This document shows, piece by piece, positions 34,222 to 39,016 of a stretch of DNA of 39,016 bases. The stretch spans positions 1 to 39,016 of the forward strand of contig JASFTI010000003.1 in the NCBI GenBank assembly GCA_050053635.1, given 5' to 3'. The notes beneath the pieces are model-generated. The model was not told where the DNA came from and ran no database searches. It saw only the letters and a program-made list of their open reading frames with translations. The DNA is from Gemmatimonadales bacterium. GTDB lineage: Bacteria; Gemmatimonadota; Gemmatimonadetes; Palauibacterales; KS3-K002. The stretch's first letter is position 1. The number at the start of each line of letters is the position of its first letter. Made by a program: the position numbers and the translations under genes.

Positions 34222-35382
34222 ATGCTGCAGGATGCTTTCCGCGGAGGGAAACGATACTGGATCCTCCTGGGATTCTGGGCGGCGCTGATCGTCGTCGGCT
34301 TGGCAGCCTACGGCCGCCAGTTGAGCGAGGGCCTCTACATCACCGGGATGAGCCAAGACGTGACCTGGGGGCTCTACATCTCACAGTTCACCTTCCTGGT
34401 CGGGGTGGCGGCCTCGGCCGTGATGGTGGTCCTGCCTTACTACCTGCACGACTACAAGGCGTTCGGCAGGATGGTGATCCTGGGCGAGTTCCTGGCGGTC
34501 TCGGCAGTGCTCATGTGCGGTCTGTTCATCGTCGTCGACATGGGTCAGCCGGCGCGCGTCGCCAACATGATCCTGCACCCGTCACCCAATTCGGTGATGT
34601 TCTGGGATATGCTGGTGCTCACCGGCTACCTGCTGCTCAATCTGGTCATCGGCGTCATGACCTTCGACGCCGAGCGCAAGGGAGCGCCGCCGGCCAACTG
34701 GGTGAAGCCGCTGATCTACCTGTCGATCCCCTGGGCGATCAGCATCCACACGGTCACTGCCTTCCTCTACTCGGGCCTGGAAGCCAGGCCGTTCTGGATG
34801 ACCGCCATCCTGGCGCCCCGCTTCCTGGCTTCGGCGTTCGCCTCCGGGCCCAGCCTGTTGATCCTACTGGCGCTCATCACACGGCGCTTCACCCGCTTCG
34901 ACCCCGGGTGGAAAGCGATTCAGGCGCTCGCCACCATCGTCGCCTACGCCATGGTGGTCAACCTGTTCTTCGTGCTGGTCGAGCTGTTCACCGGGCTCTA
35001 CAGCGATATGCCGCACCACCTGCATGCCTTCGAGTATCTGTTCGTCGGACTCGAAGGGCGTGCCACCCTGGTTCCCTGGATGTGGGTCAACGCAGGGCTC
35101 ACGGTCGCCGCAGTTGCCCTGCTGCTGATACCGGGGATTCGCAGGCAAGAGAAGTTTCTCGCGCCGCTGTGTGCCGCAGTGATCCTGGCGATCTGGATCG
35201 AGAAGGGCCTCGCTATGGTGGTGACGGGGTTCATCCCCTCACCGCTGGGGCAGATAACCGAATACGCGCCGACGGCCCCCGAGATCGCGATCACCGTGGG
35301 CGTTTACGCACTCGGTTTCTTCGTATTGACGATACTATACAAGGTAGTAGTCAACGTCAGGGAACGCCTGCAGGCAACCTGA
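34222..35382 (+). CDS. dsrP: DsrP (NrfD/PsrC family membrane protein)
   Basis: [34 protein letters not shown] and [13 protein letters not shown]. Confidence 0.94.
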   Translation: MLQDAFRGGKRYWILLGFWAALIVVGLAAYGRQLSEGLYITGMSQDVTWGLYISQFTFLVGVAASAVMVVLPYYLHDYKAFGRMVILGEFLAVSAVLMCGLFIVVDMGQPARVANMILHPSPNSVMFWDMLVLTGYLLLNLVIGVMTFDAERKGAPPANWVKPLIYLSIPWAISIHTVTAFLYSGLEARPFWMTAILAPRFLASAFASGPSLLILLALITRRFTRFDPGWKAIQALATIVAYAMVVNLFFVLVELFTGLYSDMPHHLHAFEYLFVGLEGRATLVPWMWVNAGLTVAAVALLLIPGIRRQEKFLAPLCAAVILAIWIEKGLAMVVTGFIPSPLGQITEYAPTAPEIAITVGVYALGFFVLTILYKVVVNVRERLQAT

Positions 35383-35431
35383 CCAGAAGGGCAGTGGAAG
35401 CGTCATCATGCCCGTCCGAAAGGAGTTGAAG

Positions 35432-36637
35432 ATGGCAGAGAAAGGCAAGAACGGTACTCCACTTCTGGACGATCTCGAGAAGGGACCGTGGCCCAGCTTC
35501 GTAACGCAGATCAAGGAGACGGCCGAAAACAGCAAGGAGTGCCAGGCCCTCCTCGGCCTACTGGAGCGGTCCTACGAGGAGAAGATCGGCCACTGGAAGC
35601 ACGGCGGTATTGTGGGGGTCATGGGCTACGGCGGAGGTGTGATCGGCCGCTACAATGACCTGCCAGATGAGTTCCCAGATATCGCCCACTTCCACACGCT
35701 GCGCGTCAACATGCCGAGCGGCTGGTTCTACACCTCCGACGCGCTGCGCACGGTCTGCGACATCTGGGAGCGCCACGGATCCGGAATCACCAACATGCAC
35801 GGGTCCACCGGCGACATCATCCTGCTGGGAACCACGACGGACGAGCTCGAGCCGACGTTCGCCGAGCTCACCGCCAACGACTTCGACCTGGGCGGTTCCG
35901 GCTCGGACATGCGCACGCCCAGTGGCTGCGTCGGCCCGGCCCGCTGCGAGTGGGCCTGCTACGACACGCTGCACATTACCAACGATCTCACGCAGACGTT
36001 CCAGGACGAACTCCACCGTCCCGCCTTCCCGTATAAGTTCAAGGTCAAGTGTGCGGGCTGTCCCAACGACTGCGTGGCCTCGGTCGCCCGCGCCGACATG
36101 TCGATCATCGGTACCTGGCGCGATGAGATCCAGATCGATCAGGCGCAAGTGGCGGCTGCCGCCGACGCCGGGCTCGACATCCAGAGAGACGTCTGCAACA
36201 ACTGCCCCACCAAGTGCATCGAGTGGGACGGCAAAGAGCTCAAGATCGACGACGAGAACTGTGTGAAGTGCATGCACTGCATCAACACGATGCCCAAGGC
36301 CCTGAGGCCCGGGAACGATCGGGGCGCGACCATTCTGCTCGGATCGAAAGCGCCGATCGTCGAAGGCGCTCTGCTTTCGTCCGTCCTGATTCCGTTCATC
36401 AAGATCGAGCCTCCCTACGAGGAGATCAAAGACCTGATCGAACGCATCTGGGATGTGTGGGGCGAGCACGGCAAGAACCGGGAACGGGTCGGCGAGTTCA
36501 TGCAGCGCGTCGGGCTAGGCAACTTCCTCGAGGCTATCGAGGTGGAGCCCGTACCGGAGATGATCGCCCATCCCAGAGAGAACCCTTACGTCTTCTACGA
36601 AGAGTACTTCGAAGCGGAAGAGGAGGTAGAGGAATAA
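35432..36637 (+). CDS. dsrA: Dissimilatory sulfite reductase alpha subunit
   Basis: [22 protein letters not shown], siroheme-[4Fe4S] motif CVGPARC...CAGCPNDC and CVKCMHCIN; AAGGAG RBS. Confidence 0.98.
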   Translation: MAEKGKNGTPLLDDLEKGPWPSFVTQIKETAENSKECQALLGLLERSYEEKIGHWKHGGIVGVMGYGGGVIGRYNDLPDEFPDIAHFHTLRVNMPSGWFYTSDALRTVCDIWERHGSGITNMHGSTGDIILLGTTTDELEPTFAELTANDFDLGGSGSDMRTPSGCVGPARCEWACYDTLHITNDLTQTFQDELHRPAFPYKFKVKCAGCPNDCVASVARADMSIIGTWRDEIQIDQAQVAAAADAGLDIQRDVCNNCPTKCIEWDGKELKIDDENCVKCMHCINTMPKALRPGNDRGATILLGSKAPIVEGALLSSVLIPFIKIEPPYEEIKDLIERIWDVWGEHGKNRERVGEFMQRVGLGNFLEAIEVEPVPEMIAHPRENPYVFYEEYFEAEEEVEE

Positions 36638-37713
36638 TGGCTGCCGAAAGACTGACCGATATCGGGCCTCCGCTCTACGAGAAGTTTCTGCCCCCCGTGA
36701 TCAAGTCCAATTACGGGAAGTGGCAGTACCATGAGATACTCAAACCCGGGGTGATGGTCCACGTCGCCGAGTCCGGTGACAAGCTGTTCACGGTGCGCGC
36801 CGGTTCACCGCGCCTGCTCGGCGTTAAGCGGATCCGCGAGTTCGCCGACCTGGCGGACAAGTACTGCGATGGCTACCTGCGGTTCACCAGCCGCAACAAC
36901 GTCGAGTTCCTGCTCACTGACGAGTCCAAGATCGACCCGTTGATCAAGGACCTCGATAAGCTCGGCCACCCGGTGGGCGGCATCGGCCATGCTATCTCGA
37001 ATATCGTCCACACACAGGGGTGGGTGCACTGCCACTCCGCCGCCACCGACGCTTCCGGCATCGTAAAGGCCGTGATGGACGATCTCTGCGACTACTTCAC
37101 CGGGCAGGAGGTGCCGGGGAAGCTGCGCATCGCCCTGGCCTGCTGCCTCAACATGTGCGGCGCGGTACACTGCTCGGATATCGCCATCCTTGGCATCCAC
37201 CGCAGGCCGCCGCAGATCCAGCACGACACCCTCAACAAGGTATGCGAGATCCCCAACGTGGTGGCTTCCTGCCCCACCGCAGCGATCCGACCCGCCACGG
37301 TGGAGGGCAAACCCTCCATCGAGTTGGCTGAGGAACTGTGCATGTTCTGCGCGAACTGCTTCACCGTCTGCCCAGCGCTGCCGATGGCCGACGCGCTCAA
37401 CGACGGCGTATCCATCTGGGTCGGAGGCAAGGTCTCCAACGCTCGCTCGGAGCCGACGTTCTCCAAGCTGGCGATCCCCTTCCTACCCAACAATCCGCCC
37501 CGCTGGCCCGAGGTGGTCGAGGCGGTCCGCAATCTCGTGGAGATCTGGATCAAGAACGCCCGCAAGTACGAGCGGATGGGCGAGTTCATTGAGCGTATCG
37601 GCTGGCCTCGCTTCTTCAAGATGGCCGGCATCGAGTTCCAGAAAGAGCACATCGATGACTTCAAGCATGCGGGCCTTACGTACAAACGGTCCGCGCAGCT
37701 CAGGCACTTCTAG
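36637..37713 (+). CDS. dsrB: Dissimilatory sulfite reductase beta subunit
   Basis: [42 protein letters not shown] and [12 protein letters not shown] overlaps the dsrA TAA. Confidence 0.98.
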   Translation: MAAERLTDIGPPLYEKFLPPVIKSNYGKWQYHEILKPGVMVHVAESGDKLFTVRAGSPRLLGVKRIREFADLADKYCDGYLRFTSRNNVEFLLTDESKIDPLIKDLDKLGHPVGGIGHAISNIVHTQGWVHCHSAATDASGIVKAVMDDLCDYFTGQEVPGKLRIALACCLNMCGAVHCSDIAILGIHRRPPQIQHDTLNKVCEIPNVVASCPTAAIRPATVEGKPSIELAEELCMFCANCFTVCPALPMADALNDGVSIWVGGKVSNARSEPTFSKLAIPFLPNNPPRWPEVVEAVRNLVEIWIKNARKYERMGEFIERIGWPRFFKMAGIEFQKEHIDDFKHAGLTYKRSAQLRHF

Positions 37714-37723
37714 GAGGTGCGCG

Positions 37724-37984
37724 ATGGCAGTAACGAAGGAACAGGTCGCGGACGCCATGTATGAACTTGTCGCCGAGTACCAGGGTAAGAAGAAGTTCAA
37801 GGCGAGCGACCTGACCAAGGCGATGATCGAGAAGTTCGGCGAAGACGAGGTCGACAAGAAACTTTGCAAGGCCGCCATTCGCATCCTGATGGACTCCGGC
37901 CGCTGCATCTATACCTACTGGGGCGGCAGCTTCATCGAGCTACCCCCGGAAGAAGGCGGCGAAGGCGGCGCGAGCGGCGGCTGA
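37724..37984 (+). CDS. dsrD: DsrD-like winged-helix protein
   Basis: 86-aa ORF with AGGAGG RBS immediately after dsrB. GKKKFK..D, KAAIRILMDSG and YTYWGGS fit a divergent DsrD. Confidence 0.8.
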   Translation: MAVTKEQVADAMYELVAEYQGKKKFKASDLTKAMIEKFGEDEVDKKLCKAAIRILMDSGRCIYTYWGGSFIELPPEEGGEGGASGG

Positions 37985-38025
37985 GTATGGCCGCATAGTC
38001 GCGGTCACGGAATTGTAGACGGGAC

Positions 38026-38060
38026 GCGCATTCCCCCTCCGCGCCGGTAGAGGAATGCGC
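38026..38060 (+). terminator. Stem-loop between dsrD and dsrL
   Basis: gcgcattcc ... ggaatgcgc perfect 9-bp stem; no U-tract. Confidence 0.4.
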
Positions 38061-38104
38061 CTGACAACGACGAGCGTTTGAACACGCGCGGCACGGGGTG
38101 AGTT

Positions 38105-39016
38105 ATGGCTGTCAAGAAGGTAAAGAAAAAGAAAAGGACTTTGGGGGCGAGGGGGTTTTCCAGCGGTGGCTCGCGTGAGATGTCGCCTCTGCGACCCAAG
38201 TACGTCGAGAAGAGGCCACCGTGCCACGATACCTGCCCCAGCGGCAATCGGATCCGCGAGTTCGTGACCAGAATCGCTCAGGCGGAACGGCTGAAAAAGC
38301 CGCTGGACCAGGCCTTCCAGGAAGCCTGGGATATCTACACGGATACCAGCCCCTTCCCCTCCATCTGTGGGCGAGTTTGTCCGGCTCCCTGCGAGACCGA
38401 ATGCAATCGCATCGAGCTCGAGGGCGCTGTCAACATCAACAAGATCGAGCGGGCGATCGGCGACTACGGGATCGAGCATAATCTCCCGCTCAAGACCCTC
38501 AGCGAGGAGAAGAAGCCGCAGAAGATCGCTGTAGTCGGCGCCGGTCCCAGCGGCCTCTCCTGCGCCTACCAACTGGCGCGGCGGGGCTACGGCGTGACGG
38601 TGTTCGAGGCGCTGGAAAAAGCCGGCGGAATGCTGCGTTACGGCATCCCGGGCTATCGACTGCCCGAGTCGGTGCTCGACACCGAGATCCAGAAGATTCT
38701 CGACGTCGGCGTCGAGCTCAAGTGCGGCGTCAAGATCGGTAAGGACGAGGGTCTGGATGAGCTCAATAGCTCATACGACGCGGTTTACGTCGCGCTAGGC
38801 GCCCAGCAGGGAGTCAGCCTCGGTGTCGACGGCGAAGATGCGCCCAACGTGTTCAGCGGCGTCGACTTCCTCAGTCGCTTCCACCACGGTGAGAAGCTGG
38901 ATCTGGGCAAGGACGTGGTGGCAATCGTCGTGGGCGGCGGCGACACGGCTATCGACGCGGCGCGGATCTGCAAGCGCCTCGGCGCCAACGTCACGGTTCT
39001 CTATCGCCGCACGCTG
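38105..39016 (+). CDS. dsrL: DsrL iron-sulfur flavoprotein (DsrL-2 type), 3'-truncated by the window
   Basis: Not in the ORF track because there is no stop in the window. My translation gives MAVKKVKKKK...SPLRPKYVEKRPPCHDTCPSG, CGRVCPAPCETECNR, GAGPSG, GGMLRYGIPGYR, GGGDTAID and LYRRT. Position after dsrABD supports the call. Confidence 0.88.
   Translation, partial: MAVKKVKKKKRTLGARGFSSGGSREMSPLRPKYVEKRPPCHDTCPSGNRIREFVTRIAQAERLKKPLDQAFQEAWDIYTDTSPFPSICGRVCPAPCETECNRIELEGAVNINKIERAIGDYGIEHNLPLKTLSEEKKPQKIAVVGAGPSGLSCAYQLARRGYGVTVFEALEKAGGMLRYGIPGYRLPESVLDTEIQKILDVGVELKCGVKIGKDEGLDELNSSYDAVYVALGAQQGVSLGVDGEDAPNVFSGVDFLSRFHHGEKLDLGKDVVAIVVGGGDTAIDAARICKRLGANVTVLYRRTL

Noticed and set aside
19925-36469. 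Many long antisense ORFs over aprA, qmoAB, sat, dsrK, dsrO and dsrA (for example 24344-25786 and 33055-34356)
   Set aside because: Expected stop-poor antisense frames of high-GC3 genes; no motifs or RBS support.
36214-37984. N-terminally extended DsrB (499 aa) and DsrD (264 aa) ORFs
   Set aside because: The extensions are shadow frames of dsrA and dsrB. RBS-supported starts are at 36637 and 37724.

Overview
High-GC bacterial window dominated by a co-oriented dissimilatory sulfur gene supercluster of about 20 kb (19185-39016). Its order is aprB-aprA-(Zn-ribbon)-(YkgJ/CxxCxxCC)-qmoABC-sat-(osmC)-dsrC-dsrT-dsrMKJOP-dsrA-dsrB-dsrD-dsrL, with dsrL running off the right edge and carrying the NADP(H)-type YRR motif. 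Upstream is an accessory block of about 13 kb. It holds a signal-peptide DsrE protein, two cytidylate-kinase-like paralogues, and a minus-strand phosphorelay operon with no output domain (ChpT-like pseudo-kinase, REC-REC, a Cache histidine kinase with a periplasmic CxxCH, two single REC proteins, a CBS protein, an SLC13/DASS transporter). Divergent from that is an operon of TauE/TSUP, a DUF1634-like protein, a degenerate SirC and an unusual ferrochelatase (HemH)-glutamyl-tRNA reductase (HemA) fusion. Rex-like TCGTG-N8-CACGA boxes lie upstream of both aprB and tauE. The left end holds korAB, a class A beta-lactamase-like lipoprotein, a YwiC protein, two apparent pseudogenes and an inverted heptamer repeat array. 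The best candidates for an undescribed system are the HemH-HemA fusion module and the putative heme-sensing, output-less phosphorelay wired to sulfur-oxyanion transporters. All family calls come from motif recognition by eye, not database searches.
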